64,000 nt of DNA, from assembly GCA_001821765.1 (NCBI GenBank), contig MHOA01000001.1, forward strand, positions 88,294 through 152,293, written 5' to 3'. A model generated the notes under the pieces. It was given only the letters and a program-made list of their open reading frames with translations, ran no database searches and was not told where the DNA came from. Made by a program: the position numbers and the translations under genes. Shown piece after piece: positions 7,918 to 18,986 of the stretch; positions within the stretch are counted from its first letter, which is position 1, and every line of letters starts with the position of its first letter. This DNA comes from Candidatus Ryanbacteria bacterium RIFCSPLOWO2_12_FULL_44_26. GTDB lineage: Bacteria > Patescibacteriota > Minisyncoccia > Ryanbacterales > HO2-45-13.

Positions 7918-8844
7918 TCAAAGCCAGTGTCTCGATTTGAAATATCCAAACATAAACAGCACTCCAAATATCATAATTCCAAATATTATCCAGAAGTCAT
8001 TCTGGTTTCCCGCAAACGGCAGCCATCTCGTGTTCATTCCAAAAATGCTTGCTATTAATGTCAACGGAAAAGTGATAAAAGCCATAATGGTGAGCCGACG
8101 CATGATTTCATTACTGCGTGATGATAGCAGCGATTCGTTGGTGTTGTTTAACGCTTCGAGGGTATCTTTGTGATTTTCAAGCGCGTCCCATACTCTTACA
8201 TATTCACCGGTGATGTCGGAAAGGTAAGGACCCATGTGGTTTTCAAAAAATATTTTTCCTCTTTCCTTAAGTGAATTAAGCACCGTTTGTTGAGGTTTTA
8301 AAGCTTTTCTATAATCAAGCAGTTCATAACGCAGGCTTGAAATGGCTTCAACGATTTCTTCTGCGTTGTGTTTTTTTTGAAGCAACGCTTCTACCTTTTC
8401 GATTTCAACCGCAAATTTATCGAGTTCTTCAAGTACCATTGTGAACAGTTCAGAGATTATATAGTGAAGAATGTAGCCGCTATTTGAACCGAAATTTTGT
8501 TTACACAACGATTCGTTGCCTGTCAGTTTATTATAAAGCTTTTTTAAAACTGCCACCTCTCCGTAGTGGGTGGTTGTTAAATATGTCTTTCCGATAATAA
8601 AGTCGATTTCATGCGTTGAGGTATGACGTTCTCCCCGTTTGGCGCGAATAGGGAAATGTAAAACCAGAAACATTTGTTCGTCATACATCTCAATCCTCGG
8701 ACGATATGTAGGAAGCAGCAGCTCTTCTGCAACAAGCGGATGAAGGTTGTGTATGCGCTTTAGAGCCGTTATATCCTTTTTGGATGGATTTTGAATATCA
8801 ACCCACGTTAGCCCATTGCATGTAAGTTTTTGCATTGCCTCCAT
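7918..8844 (-). CDS. corA: CorA-family magnesium/cobalt transporter
   Basis: C-terminal two TM helices with FGMNTRWLP (GMN motif). Confidence 0.8.
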   Translation of the reverse strand: MEAMQKLTCNGLTWVDIQNPSKKDITALKRIHNLHPLVAEELLLPTYRPRIEMYDEQMFLVLHFPIRAKRGERHTSTHEIDFIIGKTYLTTTHYGEVAVLKKLYNKLTGNESLCKQNFGSNSGYILHYIISELFTMVLEELDKFAVEIEKVEALLQKKHNAEEIVEAISSLRYELLDYRKALKPQQTVLNSLKERGKIFFENHMGPYLSDITGEYVRVWDALENHKDTLEALNNTNESLLSSRSNEIMRRLTIMAFITFPLTLIASIFGMNTRWLPFAGNQNDFWIIFGIMIFGVLFMFGYFKSRHWL

Positions 8845-8864
8845 TATACTTTATAATAGATTTG

Positions 8865-10076
8865 ATGAGAAGCAGGAATATCAGCGTTGTGCTGCTTGCG
8901 CTTCTGTTTATAGGAGCTTCTTTTATTTTGGGTGCATATGTGGGATACCAGCAGCGTCCGTATGTGGATTTGGTAAGAAATATTCTTAATATAAAGGAAA
9001 CAGCCATCGCGGAGCCTGTGGAGGTTGATTTTGGGCCGTTTTGGAAAGCGTGGCACTTGATTGAAACAAAATATGTCGCCGGTGAAGAAATAGACCGCCA
9101 GGATCTTTTGTGGGGAGCGATTTCAGGTCTTTCGAGTGCCGTTGGCGATCCCTATACGGTATTTTTTCCTCCCGAAGAGAATGAATATTTTGAAAGCGAG
9201 GTAAAAGGTGTGTTTGGAGGAATAGGCGCTGAGATTGGAATTCGCAAGAACAATCTTGTTATTATTTCTCCCCTTGAGGATTCTCCTGCAAAGCGTGCGG
9301 GATTGAAAGCAGGAGATAGAGTATTGGAGATTGACGGTGAAAATACATCTGGCATGACATTGGATGAGGCCGTACGCCGCATACGCGGAGAAAAAGGAAC
9401 GGTAGTTGTACTGACGGTTTTTGGAGAGGAAGAAGAAGAGCCGAAGGAAATAGGCATCACCAGAGATATCATTAACGTTCCGGTTCTAAAAACTGAGCAC
9501 GATGAAGAAAAAAATATTTTTATCATCAAGCTTTTTAGTTTTTCAGCCCGATCGGGCCAGGAATTTAGAAACGCTATAAGGGAGTTTATTCTTTCCGGCG
9601 CTGATAAACTGATATTAGATTTGCGGAATAACCCCGGGGGATTTTTGGATTCAGCGATTGATATTGCGAGTTGGTTTCTGCCGAAAGGAGAGATTGTTGC
9701 GGTTGAGGAATTTCGAGACAGGGACCCGGTTGAATACCGAAGCAATGGATATGCTGTTGTACGAGGATTGAAAATGGTGGTGCTGGTAAATCAAGGATCA
9801 GCTTCTGCTTCAGAAATCGTTGCTGGAGCCCTGCAGGATCATGGAATTGCCACTATCATGGGAGAGAAAACATTTGGCAAGGGTTCGGTACAAGAGTTAA
9901 ACAACATTACTCAAGATACGTCTCTTAAAATTACCATAGCGCGCTGGCTTACCCCCACCGGAAGATCAATTTCCAAAGAGGGGCTTGAACCGGATATCAT
10001 TATTACAAAAGAAGAGACAGAAAATCCAGAAGATGATATTTTTATGATAAAAGCAAAGGAGTTTCTGTTACAATAG
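8865..10076 (+). CDS. ctpA: carboxy-terminal processing peptidase (S41, Ctp)
   Basis: N-terminal anchor, PDZ domain ([18 protein letters not shown]), S41 catalytic region ([17 protein letters not shown]); start taken at second Met to avoid overlap with divergent corA start. Confidence 0.8.
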   Translation: MRSRNISVVLLALLFIGASFILGAYVGYQQRPYVDLVRNILNIKETAIAEPVEVDFGPFWKAWHLIETKYVAGEEIDRQDLLWGAISGLSSAVGDPYTVFFPPEENEYFESEVKGVFGGIGAEIGIRKNNLVIISPLEDSPAKRAGLKAGDRVLEIDGENTSGMTLDEAVRRIRGEKGTVVVLTVFGEEEEEPKEIGITRDIINVPVLKTEHDEEKNIFIIKLFSFSARSGQEFRNAIREFILSGADKLILDLRNNPGGFLDSAIDIASWFLPKGEIVAVEEFRDRDPVEYRSNGYAVVRGLKMVVLVNQGSASASEIVAGALQDHGIATIMGEKTFGKGSVQELNNITQDTSLKITIARWLTPTGRSISKEGLEPDIIITKEETENPEDDIFMIKAKEFLLQ

Positions 10077-10081
10077 GTTAT

Positions 10082-10531
10082 ATGAAAGTTATTTTGTTGC
10101 AAGATGTTGCTAAAACTGGCAAACGCGGAGAAGTAAAGAATGTTTCTTCGGGGTTTGCGCGCAATTTTCTTATTCCTAAGAAGCTTGCGAAGCCAGCAAC
10201 GCCCGCAAATATAAAGGCTTTGGAAAGAATGAAAAAAGATTTGAAGCAGCGGGCATCAAAGGAACAGAAAGCGACCGGCGAAATAGTGAAGAAACTTGAG
10301 GGATATATCGTGGAATTTTCCAGAAAGGCGGCTGAGAGCGGTGCATTATACGCAGCCATTGATGCCGCGGCGGTTGCTGAAAAACTAAGAGCAGAGGGTT
10401 TTTTAAATGTTGAAGAAAAACTTATTTTTCTTGAGAGTCCAATTAAAAAAATCGGAACATTTTCTGCTATGGCGAAGTTTGCCGACGGACTTGAAGCGAC
10501 ATTTACCATTAATGTGAAAAAAGCCCAATGA
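10082..10531 (+). CDS. rplI: 50S ribosomal protein L9
   Basis: [36 protein letters not shown]. Confidence 0.85.
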   Translation: MKVILLQDVAKTGKRGEVKNVSSGFARNFLIPKKLAKPATPANIKALERMKKDLKQRASKEQKATGEIVKKLEGYIVEFSRKAAESGALYAAIDAAAVAEKLRAEGFLNVEEKLIFLESPIKKIGTFSAMAKFADGLEATFTINVKKAQ

Positions 10532-12165
10532 GTACGAAATATATTTTTGTTGTTGGAGGGGTCATGTCCGGTATAGGGAAAGGTGTCGCCACATCATCAA
10601 TAGGTAAAATTCTTCAATCTCGTGGGTGGAAGGTTTCTGCGATGAAAATAGATCCTTATATTAATGTTGATGCCGGTACAATGAATCCCATAGAACATGG
10701 TGAAGTTTTTGTAACTGAAGACGGGCTGGAATGTGATCAAGATATCGGCAACTATGAGCGCTTTTTTGGGGTGCCAATGCATCGGGTTAATTATATGACC
10801 ACTGGCGCTGTCTACCAGACTGTGATCAATAAGGAGCGTAATTTACAATACGGCGGCAAATGCGTTGAGGTGGTTCCTCACATACCGGAAGAAATCATTC
10901 GGCGTATCAAAACCGCAGCGCGTCATGACAAAGCTGATATTTTAATGGTGGAAATAGGCGGAACAGTGGGGGAATATCAAAATATGCTGTTTCTTGAGGC
11001 AGCTCGTATGATGCATCTTCGAACTCCCCATGATGTGCTTTTTGTTATGGTCAGTTATCTGCCGGTTCCAGAAAAAATTGGCGAGATGAAAACAAAACCG
11101 ACACAGTATGCGGTGCGAACGCTTAATAGTGCCGGGATTCAGCCGGATCTTATTATTGCCCGCGGCGAAACCCCAATTGATAAGCCGCGGAAGCAGAAAA
11201 TTTCAGTTTTTTGCAATCTTTCTGATCAAGACATTATTTCAGCTCCTGATATTACCACTATCTATGAAGTCCCTCTTAATTTTGAGAAAGATAAACTTGG
11301 GGACAGAATTCAGGACAAACTAAAACTTAAAAGGCGCAAAAAAGACCTCCATGACTGGGGAAAGCTCATTCGTTCTATAAAACGCAGCAGAAAACAGGTG
11401 CGCATTGGAATTGTTGGAAAGTACTTTGCAACCGGTAATTTTTCTCTTACAGATTCTTATATTTCAGTTCTCGAAGCTCTCAAACATGCATCATGGGCTG
11501 AAAGGCATATTCCGGAACTGGTGTGGCTGAATGCAGAATTGTATGAAAAAAACAGGAAGATACTCAAAAACCTGCAAGACTTCGACGGTATAGTTGTCCC
11601 CGGCGGCTTTGGTAAACGGGGATCAGAAGGGAAAATCAATGTAATTGAATATTGCCGCAAGGAACGGATCCCGATTTTAGGGCTTTGTTATGGAATGCAG
11701 CTTATGGTTGTTGAATTTGCAAGGCATATAGCAAAAATGAAGAACGCTCATTCAATAGAGTCTGACAGCAAAACTCCTTATCCGGTCATTGATGTTATGG
11801 CTGAACAAAAAAGCAATATTAAGGAGAAGCATTTGGGAGGGACCATGCGTCTTGGGAGTTATAGCTGTAAGGTTATAAAAGGAACAGTAGCTGAAAAAGC
11901 GTATCAAAAAACAATGGTGCAAGAGCGGCACCGCCACCGTTATGAGGTAAATAATAAACATATAGATCGGCTTCAACGCAAAGGCCTCGTTGTGTCAGGC
12001 ATTAATCCAGAGCGGAAGCTAGTAGAAATAATAGAGATAACTGATCATCCTTTTTTTCTTGGAACGCAATTTCATCCAGAGTTTACGTCTTTGCCGCTTC
12101 AACCCCATCCGATCTTTTTGGCATTTCTCAAATCTATTATTAAGAAGCGGCGAAACGCATCTTGA
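10528..12165 (+). CDS. pyrG: CTP synthase
   Basis: N-terminal synthetase domain [20 protein letters not shown]-terminal GATase (GLCYGMQ, HPEF). Confidence 0.95.
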   Translation: MSTKYIFVVGGVMSGIGKGVATSSIGKILQSRGWKVSAMKIDPYINVDAGTMNPIEHGEVFVTEDGLECDQDIGNYERFFGVPMHRVNYMTTGAVYQTVINKERNLQYGGKCVEVVPHIPEEIIRRIKTAARHDKADILMVEIGGTVGEYQNMLFLEAARMMHLRTPHDVLFVMVSYLPVPEKIGEMKTKPTQYAVRTLNSAGIQPDLIIARGETPIDKPRKQKISVFCNLSDQDIISAPDITTIYEVPLNFEKDKLGDRIQDKLKLKRRKKDLHDWGKLIRSIKRSRKQVRIGIVGKYFATGNFSLTDSYISVLEALKHASWAERHIPELVWLNAELYEKNRKILKNLQDFDGIVVPGGFGKRGSEGKINVIEYCRKERIPILGLCYGMQLMVVEFARHIAKMKNAHSIESDSKTPYPVIDVMAEQKSNIKEKHLGGTMRLGSYSCKVIKGTVAEKAYQKTMVQERHRHRYEVNNKHIDRLQRKGLVVSGINPERKLVEIIEITDHPFFLGTQFHPEFTSLPLQPHPIFLAFLKSIIKKRRNAS

Positions 12166-12269
12166 CGGGAATTTGCTTTTTTTTCTGCGTTATTGTATGA
12201 TATGTTTTGCGTGTGTTTATTTATTTATCTTTTATAAATTTTTAGGAGTTACTATTATCACCACATGAT

Positions 12270-12473
12270 ATGAACGATCAGCAGACAGTAAAGACTGGAG
12301 ACATCGTTGAGATATCTGTTGACGGCAAGTATACAGAGACCATCGAGATAGACAGTTATAAACTTCTATCGCATCTTTTAATGGGTAAGAAAGTCAACGA
12401 TGAAGAAAAAATGGATTTAGGCCTTGGAGCTCCCAGAACCGTGAAAATTTTAAAGATCAGATCCAAAAAATAA
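12270..12473 (+). CDS. hypothetical small protein (67 aa)
   Basis: ORF with upstream AGGAG; no recognisable domain. Confidence 0.4.
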   Translation: MNDQQTVKTGDIVEISVDGKYTETIEIDSYKLLSHLLMGKKVNDEEKMDLGLGAPRTVKILKIRSKK

Positions 12474-12495
12474 TAATAGTGATCGGTGAACGGAT

Positions 12496-12536
12496 TTAAA
12501 AAACCGCTCAAGCTTTTAGGGCAAGAGCGGTTTTTG
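12496..12536. terminator. bidirectional rho-independent terminator
   Basis: A8-CCGCTC...GAGCGG-T5 between convergent genes. Confidence 0.55.
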
Positions 12537-12578
12537 TTCGGCAAATCGGCAAGTCCGACCTCCCGAATCTTTTAATGG

Positions 12579-14843
12579 CTACAGCGTCTCCCGTCTAAGG
12601 AATCTGAATATTTTTGCCAGTTCCGGAAGCCAAGGTCGGTCAAAGTGCGCAAGGAGCGCGGGAAGCAGGATCAAATCTCCAAAAAGAGCATACAGCATTG
12701 TTACACTAAGGAGCCGGGAAAATGTGTGGTATGGAATCAGGTCTGCCATATTCATTGCGAGAAATCCGGCGACAACGGCGACGGTGCTGGTCACAATCGG
12801 GAATGCGAGCTCTTGGATGGTTTTTTTTACTGCTTGTTCAGGAAGAAAACCGCTCTTTCTGTGATGCGTATATTGTGCGAGAAAATGTCCCGTATCATCC
12901 ACAACAAGACCAAGCGCAATGGCGCTGACGATGGAACTGCCAATATCAAGATCAATCTCAAATATTCCAAGCAGAGCCAAGCTTCCGAGCACCGGCAGGG
13001 CGTTTACGACAATGGCAAAAGCGGCGAGTTTTATAGACCGAGTCAGCACTACGAACGTGACAAACACCAGCATTATTCCGGTCGCAAGTGACCGCATATT
13101 TTCTTTGGCAATTTGAATGCCTGCACGGAAGAATTGTGCGACTCTGCCTGTAAGAACAGCGTCAATCCTGTTTTCTTGCGCGAAACTTTTTACAGCTCTA
13201 TCAAATTTGCTGAAATCGTCCGAATTTCGAAAAGGCGTTTGGAGAAGCACTGTCAGGCTTGTTCGATCGTGGCTGATGTACGGTTCAATGTCGTCATCTT
13301 CAAATAACAGGAGGAACTGCGATACCCCCTCTTTCTTTTTCGGAAATTCTTCAGGCATATCCTCGTCGGCGCTGAAAGCCAGGCTCAATTGCCGCAATTG
13401 ATCGTAGAAGTTTGAAGCCCTCAACCCCGGGATGAGTATTTTTTGTTTTTCAACAAATGCATGGACAGTATTCTGTACTTTTGGCTCAACAGCGATTTCT
13501 TGGTGGATATTATCAAACACCGTAAGCGGGATAACGTATGTTCCAAAAATTTCTTTTACCCGATCAAACTGTAAATGGACAGGATTGTTTTCCTTAAGGT
13601 AATCAATCGGTCCGTAGTTTACCTTGAGTTTTCCAATCCCCAATGCGCTAACGGCAGTCAAGATGGCAATCAGCACTATCGTTTGTCGGCCAGTAAGCAT
13701 AAACAAATGCCGATTTCCGTCATTCGGTATCTTGTCTTCATCATCCTTTTTCCTAAACGCAAGCACAGGAAAGGTGAGTGTTATAGTGACAAAAAGACAT
13801 GCCAGAATCCCAAATGTCCCCAGAAATCCGAATTGCCTGACAGCGGGAATGCCGCTTATTCCGGTGGTGCCAAAGCCGATCATAGTTGTAATCACAGCAA
13901 ACGCAAACGGCCGTAGTGCAGATGCCGGAAGCCATCCAAAAAACATGTTTCCGCCGCGCTTCGCATAGCCGAACGCATGAATCGTAAATGCAGCCCCCAG
14001 AGGAATCAGCAGGTTGACCATAAGAACATTGACCGGATTTTGCGGGATGCCAACGATAACCATCAGCGCAAAAGTAAGCGCCGTTGTTGAAATTCCCGTA
14101 GCTCCTGCGAGGATGCCGACCAATACAGATCTTGTCTGTATCCAAACAACCGCCATCATGATAAACACCACGATCGGCAGTATCATTGAAGCGCGGTCTG
14201 TTGCGCGGGAAAGTTCAGCGCTGACATTCAGCTCGCCGCTTTGAAGCAAATCTCCGCCGTTACAGTCTGAAGAAACTCCATCACAAAACCCTCTGCGAAA
14301 GGCACTGCGGTGTTTTTCCAAAACAGCCTTTACTCCGTCACTTACTGTCAGCGCGTCAGTCTTTTTTTCAGCAACTATATATATCGCAACCGCTGTTGCT
14401 TCAGCGTTAATGAGCAGGTTTTTGTATGGGACATACGCAACAGCCAGCTCACAGCGCTTTTGAGCATCAGCGGAAACGTCTGGAAAATTCTTTACCTCAA
14501 CGGTATTGCCTCTACCGGCAATATAGTTAGCGTTTGTAAGAGAGATGACCCTGTCAACGCCCGACAAACGCTCAAGATCGTCTGAAAGGAGCGTAAGACG
14601 CTTCCATCCTTCTTCTGTGCAAAGCGCATTTCCGGTCGCGACAACGATATTTCCAGCGTCGCTCGGAAATTCCTCAAGATATCTCTCGTAGTACCGCGCA
14701 CTTACATCACCCCTCGGAAGAAGGGCAGTGTAGTCGTCATCGGTGGTGAGATGTTTGAGAAATGGTACACTGACCGTAAATACCAACGTGAAAAACGCAA
14801 TGGCGCTTTTGCGGCCAAAGGCACGCATCATCCATTCCTTCAT
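12579..14843 (-). CDS. MMPL/RND-superfamily membrane transporter (lipid/exporter type)
   Basis: 754 aa, two 6-TM bundles each preceded by a large loop, typical MMPL/SSD architecture. Confidence 0.6.
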   Translation of the reverse strand: MKEWMMRAFGRKSAIAFFTLVFTVSVPFLKHLTTDDDYTALLPRGDVSARYYERYLEEFPSDAGNIVVATGNALCTEEGWKRLTLLSDDLERLSGVDRVISLTNANYIAGRGNTVEVKNFPDVSADAQKRCELAVAYVPYKNLLINAEATAVAIYIVAEKKTDALTVSDGVKAVLEKHRSAFRRGFCDGVSSDCNGGDLLQSGELNVSAELSRATDRASMILPIVVFIMMAVVWIQTRSVLVGILAGATGISTTALTFALMVIVGIPQNPVNVLMVNLLIPLGAAFTIHAFGYAKRGGNMFFGWLPASALRPFAFAVITTMIGFGTTGISGIPAVRQFGFLGTFGILACLFVTITLTFPVLAFRKKDDEDKIPNDGNRHLFMLTGRQTIVLIAILTAVSALGIGKLKVNYGPIDYLKENNPVHLQFDRVKEIFGTYVIPLTVFDNIHQEIAVEPKVQNTVHAFVEKQKILIPGLRASNFYDQLRQLSLAFSADEDMPEEFPKKKEGVSQFLLLFEDDDIEPYISHDRTSLTVLLQTPFRNSDDFSKFDRAVKSFAQENRIDAVLTGRVAQFFRAGIQIAKENMRSLATGIMLVFVTFVVLTRSIKLAAFAIVVNALPVLGSLALLGIFEIDLDIGSSIVSAIALGLVVDDTGHFLAQYTHHRKSGFLPEQAVKKTIQELAFPIVTSTVAVVAGFLAMNMADLIPYHTFSRLLSVTMLYALFGDLILLPALLAHFDRPWLPELAKIFRFLRRETL

Positions 14844-14952
14844 GTTCCTTCTCCTTTGTCAAAGAGAAACGTAAATCTATGTTGAAAGTACTACAAATAT
14901 ATCGTTTTGTCAATTAAATGAGTGGTATATAATTGTTATAAGAGCGTTTTTC

Positions 14953-15004
<52 letters not shown>

Positions 15005-15011
15005 TTAGTAG

Positions 15012-15695
15012 ATGGCATTATTATCGTATAAATTTTTTAGAAATTTTCTTGCAGTCGTTGCTTTTTATCTAAGCTATATTCTTTTGCGTCCGTTTTTTAA
15101 AATTATTTTCTCTGTAAAAGTTACTTTTCCGGAAAATTTTAGGGAAAAAATACAATTTCCGGTCATTTTTGTTACAAATCACAAGACCCATTTTGACCCT
15201 TGGATTTTTGCGGCAATGATGCCTTTTGTCTATCTTCGCGGAATCGTGCCGATCCGCTATATGGCGACTACTCGGTTCAAACACTTTTTTATGAAATTTC
15301 TTTACAGGATTGGAGTTATTAAAACTATATATTTTATTTATAACGTGCTTACTATTACTGATAAAGAAACTATTGAAGAAAAACTGACGCCATACATTAA
15401 AGCTCTTCAAAGTAACCAGACGGTCATGCTTTTCCCGGAAGGGGGATTGTTCCGTCATGATGCGGTAGGAGAATTCAAAAGAGGTGCGGTATATCTTCAT
15501 GCAATGAGCGGTATGCCAATTTTGCCGGCTTCTATTCGATTTTCCGGAAATGGCTTAAGAAAAAAATGCCATGTTCATTTTGGAAATCCCCTTATGATCC
15601 CTATTAATTTAAAAAGCGGGGGAGACGCCGTGCAAGCCGATGCATTAAAACATCTTCGGGAAATCATTGTTGGGTTGTATGAATATGCGGAATAA
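15012..15695 (+). CDS. lysophospholipid acyltransferase (PlsC/LPLAT family)
   Basis: HX4D motif NHKTHFD, FPEGG motif, N-terminal TM. Confidence 0.75.
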   Translation: MALLSYKFFRNFLAVVAFYLSYILLRPFFKIIFSVKVTFPENFREKIQFPVIFVTNHKTHFDPWIFAAMMPFVYLRGIVPIRYMATTRFKHFFMKFLYRIGVIKTIYFIYNVLTITDKETIEEKLTPYIKALQSNQTVMLFPEGGLFRHDAVGEFKRGAVYLHAMSGMPILPASIRFSGNGLRKKCHVHFGNPLMIPINLKSGGDAVQADALKHLREIIVGLYEYAE

Positions 15696-15769
15696 AAGCT
15701 TTTTGCAGTATATGATTTTTTAATAAAATCTATGGTAAAATAAGTGGTGTATGAGATTAGACTTGAAAA

Positions 15770-16474
15770 ATGCTCAACACAACTTTTTGGAAAAAGTATT
15801 TTGAGGTTTATGATTTACTTAATGAACTGATACCGTACCGGGAGTTATTAGACAAGATTTGTGAAGAGTTGGATGTAAAAAATGGTGATTTGGTTTTGGA
15901 TGCTGGTGCCGGAACAGGCAATCTTGGAGTTGAAATAGAAAAAAGAGACGGAAGAGTTGTTGGATTCGATTTGTCACCAGAAGGGTTGGGAATACATAAA
16001 AAGAAAACTCCATTTGCTGAACTGGTAATAGGAGATTTGTCTCGCCCACTACCTTTTGAGAATAATTATTTTGATAAAATTTGCTCAAATAATACGATTT
16101 ATACAATTCCCAGAAAATACAGAGAAGATATATTTAGAGAATTTTACCGTGTACTAAAACCGAGAGGGAAGGTGGTTGTTTCTAATATTACCCTAGGATT
16201 TAACCCATTCAAGATATATTTAACCCATATAAAACAGAGTTTTAGAAAAATTGGCATAATGAACACCATGTTAAAGGTTATTAAATTGGCGATTCCAACT
16301 ATTAAAATATTTTATTATAATCACCTAATTCAGAAAGAAGACAGAAGCGGACGTTATGATTTCTTTGAAGTTGATGAACAAAAGGATTTATTGAGAAAAA
16401 CAGGTTTCACAAATATTTCTGAAAATAAAAGTGTCTATGTCGGACAAGCTGTTCTCAACACAGCAATTAAATAG
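15770..16474 (+). CDS. class I SAM-dependent methyltransferase
   Basis: Motif I VLDAGAGTGNLG, motif post-I, LKPRGKVVV. Confidence 0.75.
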   Translation: MLNTTFWKKYFEVYDLLNELIPYRELLDKICEELDVKNGDLVLDAGAGTGNLGVEIEKRDGRVVGFDLSPEGLGIHKKKTPFAELVIGDLSRPLPFENNYFDKICSNNTIYTIPRKYREDIFREFYRVLKPRGKVVVSNITLGFNPFKIYLTHIKQSFRKIGIMNTMLKVIKLAIPTIKIFYYNHLIQKEDRSGRYDFFEVDEQKDLLRKTGFTNISENKSVYVGQAVLNTAIK

Positions 16475-16511
16475 TAAAAATCTAGTAGGTTAAAAAATAT
16501 AAGAACCTTTT

Positions 16512-17144
16512 ATGTGGAAACTAGTATTCTATACTAAAATATTGCTTCTCAAAATTTGGCTCTCATTTAAGGGCTATGAGTTATTTGTTCGTGACTATAA
16601 CTCGACACCTTCGGAAGTGTTTATTTTTAGAAAAAAAATATACCAAGTAGAAAACTATTTTGGAGATAATATTAAAATTGAAGATGTATGGAAAGATAAA
16701 TATGACGAGAAAAGTTTTCACGTTTATGTTAAAAATAAAAATTCAGTTATCGGCGCTTCTCGGCTAACATACATAGCGCCATTACCAATCACAGATGTGT
16801 TTAATGTTCACTCACTTAATAATAGTGTTGGTGAATTTTCTCGTTTGGTAATTGAAACGGATTTACGAGGCAACAGAAGGTTAATTCTTATAGCTTTGAC
16901 TTACGGGATGCTAAAAGCTAGTAGAAAAATTGGTATTAGACAGTGGGTAGCATTTATGCCATTAAAATTTAAAAATTCCCTTGAAAGGCTCGGAGTGAAA
17001 TTTTCTGAAATATCCCAACAAGCGTTGACAAATTATCATATCCAAAATCGTTCCATCTTATCTGGCTACTTTAAAAATGATATCAGACCGTATATCATAA
17101 AGACAAAATCTCTAAAAAGAGGTTTTGCGGGAATATTTAAGTAA
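16512..17144 (+). CDS. GNAT-fold N-acyltransferase of the autoinducer-synthase / N-acyl amino acid synthase superfamily (putative)
   Basis: About 210 aa; GEFSRLVIE...RGNRRL block resembling the E-x-SR-F/L-AV core of LuxI/N-acyl amino acid synthase-like enzymes. Confidence 0.4.
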   Translation: MWKLVFYTKILLLKIWLSFKGYELFVRDYNSTPSEVFIFRKKIYQVENYFGDNIKIEDVWKDKYDEKSFHVYVKNKNSVIGASRLTYIAPLPITDVFNVHSLNNSVGEFSRLVIETDLRGNRRLILIALTYGMLKASRKIGIRQWVAFMPLKFKNSLERLGVKFSEISQQALTNYHIQNRSILSGYFKNDIRPYIIKTKSLKRGFAGIFK

Positions 17145-17170
17145 ATTTATATCTTAAAAACACTAGCTGG

Positions 17171-18829
17171 ATGTTAAGTGTTGCCAACAATATTTTACTG
17201 ACTGTTGTTTTCATCAACTTTATTCTTGGTTTCGCGGTTCTCAGAAGAAACTGGAAAAATCCCACTAACCTTGCTTATTTACTGCTTACGTTTTCCATAA
17301 TATTATGGGCTATTTCTCTTTTCTTTTTTAGGGCAGCAAATAGCATTGATAATATTCTCATTATTGGGAAAATTGTCTACACAATCCCTCCATTCATTCC
17401 ATTCTTTTTTCTTCTGTTTGTTTATTCACTAGTTGGATCAAAAATTTCTTTACTAAAACTAGCAGTCTTTCTCTTACTTCCAACCATACTTATTTCTGTT
17501 ATTAGTCTGGAAACTTCGTTAGTAATAGCTGGCGCCGTGATAGAAAGAGGGATTAACCAGCTGCACTTTGGTTCTTTTTACTTTTTATATCTTTCTTATC
17601 TTACGCTTTATTTTTTAATAGGATTTATAACTTTATTCAAACGGTATCGTACTGAAAACAATCTGATTAAAAAAGCTCAATATAGACTTATACTCATTGG
17701 AGTAACTACTGCAATAGTGGTAGGGCTTTTTGCTAATGGATATTTCCTAACAACTTTTGCGTTTCAATATAACTGGGTTGGGCCAATAGGGACGGTATTT
17801 ATGGTAACACTCTTCGCTTACGCTATTGTCCAATATCGTTTATTTAACATTAAAGTAATTTCTGTTCAGATATTTGGCGGAGCTTTAGCTGGCGTACTTT
17901 TAGTAAAGTTATTATCCTCTCAAGGTCCCAGCGATTTTACCTTTAATAGTATAATATTTATTGGAGCAGTTGTTATAACTATTCTTCTAATAAGAGGAGT
18001 ACTCAAAGAAGTGGAAACAAGAGAAAAAATACAGGAACTGGCGGGGAAACTAGAAGCAGCAAATGCAGAACTTCGGCAACTGGATAAAGCAAAGTCAGAA
18101 TTTATTGATATTGCTTCTCATCAATTGCGCACTCCGCTCTCTATTATGAAAGGGTACTTGTCAATGCTGAATGAAGGTACGTTTGGGAAGTTGTCTATAA
18201 AATTGAAAGATCCGTTAAATAAAATCTATATTTCAAACGAGCGCCTTATTACGCTTGTCGCGGATTTGCTTGATCTTTCGCGAATTGAGCGAAAAAAACT
18301 GCAATATTCATTTGAACATATGCAAGTTTCCAATGTTATTCACTCAATTGTGATAGATTTTAAACAAACAGCCAGACAAAAAGGTCTGGCACTGCATTGG
18401 AGAAAACCAAAAAAACTGCCGCTTGTCTATGCCGACCCGCAAAAGCTGCGTCAAGTGTTTTTAAATATTATTGACAATGCAGTAAAGTACACAAACAAGG
18501 GATCAATTGATATTTCATTAAAACAAGACGGTGATTTTATTGTTTTTTCCGCAAAAGACACCGGTATTGGGTTAACAGAGAAAGAAGCACAGCGGCTTTT
18601 TCAGAAATTCGTTCGGGGAGAAGAAATGAAACGGGCAAAAACACAGGGCATGGGGCTTGGGATGTATGTGGCAAAATTGATTATTCAGGATCACCGGGGA
18701 GCAATTTGGGCGGAATCTCCCGGAAAGGGAAAGGGGAGTATCTTTTTCGTAAGACTGCCAATAGCAAAATCCGAAAACAAAGAAGACGAAAATGAAAAAC
18801 AAATGGAAGAATTTATTAAGAATATCTAA
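17171..18829 (+). CDS. sensor histidine kinase with N-terminal multi-TM (about 7 helices) sensor domain
   Basis: H-box ASHQLRTPL, N-box IIDNAVKYT, G-boxes DTGIGL / GMGLGM; no response regulator adjacent. Confidence 0.85.
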   Translation: MLSVANNILLTVVFINFILGFAVLRRNWKNPTNLAYLLLTFSIILWAISLFFFRAANSIDNILIIGKIVYTIPPFIPFFFLLFVYSLVGSKISLLKLAVFLLLPTILISVISLETSLVIAGAVIERGINQLHFGSFYFLYLSYLTLYFLIGFITLFKRYRTENNLIKKAQYRLILIGVTTAIVVGLFANGYFLTTFAFQYNWVGPIGTVFMVTLFAYAIVQYRLFNIKVISVQIFGGALAGVLLVKLLSSQGPSDFTFNSIIFIGAVVITILLIRGVLKEVETREKIQELAGKLEAANAELRQLDKAKSEFIDIASHQLRTPLSIMKGYLSMLNEGTFGKLSIKLKDPLNKIYISNERLITLVADLLDLSRIERKKLQYSFEHMQVSNVIHSIVIDFKQTARQKGLALHWRKPKKLPLVYADPQKLRQVFLNIIDNAVKYTNKGSIDISLKQDGDFIVFSAKDTGIGLTEKEAQRLFQKFVRGEEMKRAKTQGMGLGMYVAKLIIQDHRGAIWAESPGKGKGSIFFVRLPIAKSENKEDENEKQMEEFIKNI

Positions 18830-18986
18830 AAAAACAAAACATTCCATTATTCTTGGGAATATTGGGATATTTTTAAATATCCATATAGTTTAAAACCAAT
18901 CTTGACGCAATAACGCATCAGTGATATTTTTTGTAGAAGCTTAGGCAGTTCATTGTCAATTGAATAACGGGGAAAAGGAGAAGTTC

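Noticed and set aside
9152-9745. 197-aa Ser-rich minus-strand ORF inside ctp
   Set aside because: Antisense low-complexity artefact within a confidently identified S41 peptidase gene.
12645-14585. Multiple 60-150-aa plus-strand ORFs inside the MMPL transporter gene
   Set aside because: Antisense to a well-supported 754-aa transporter CDS; spurious.
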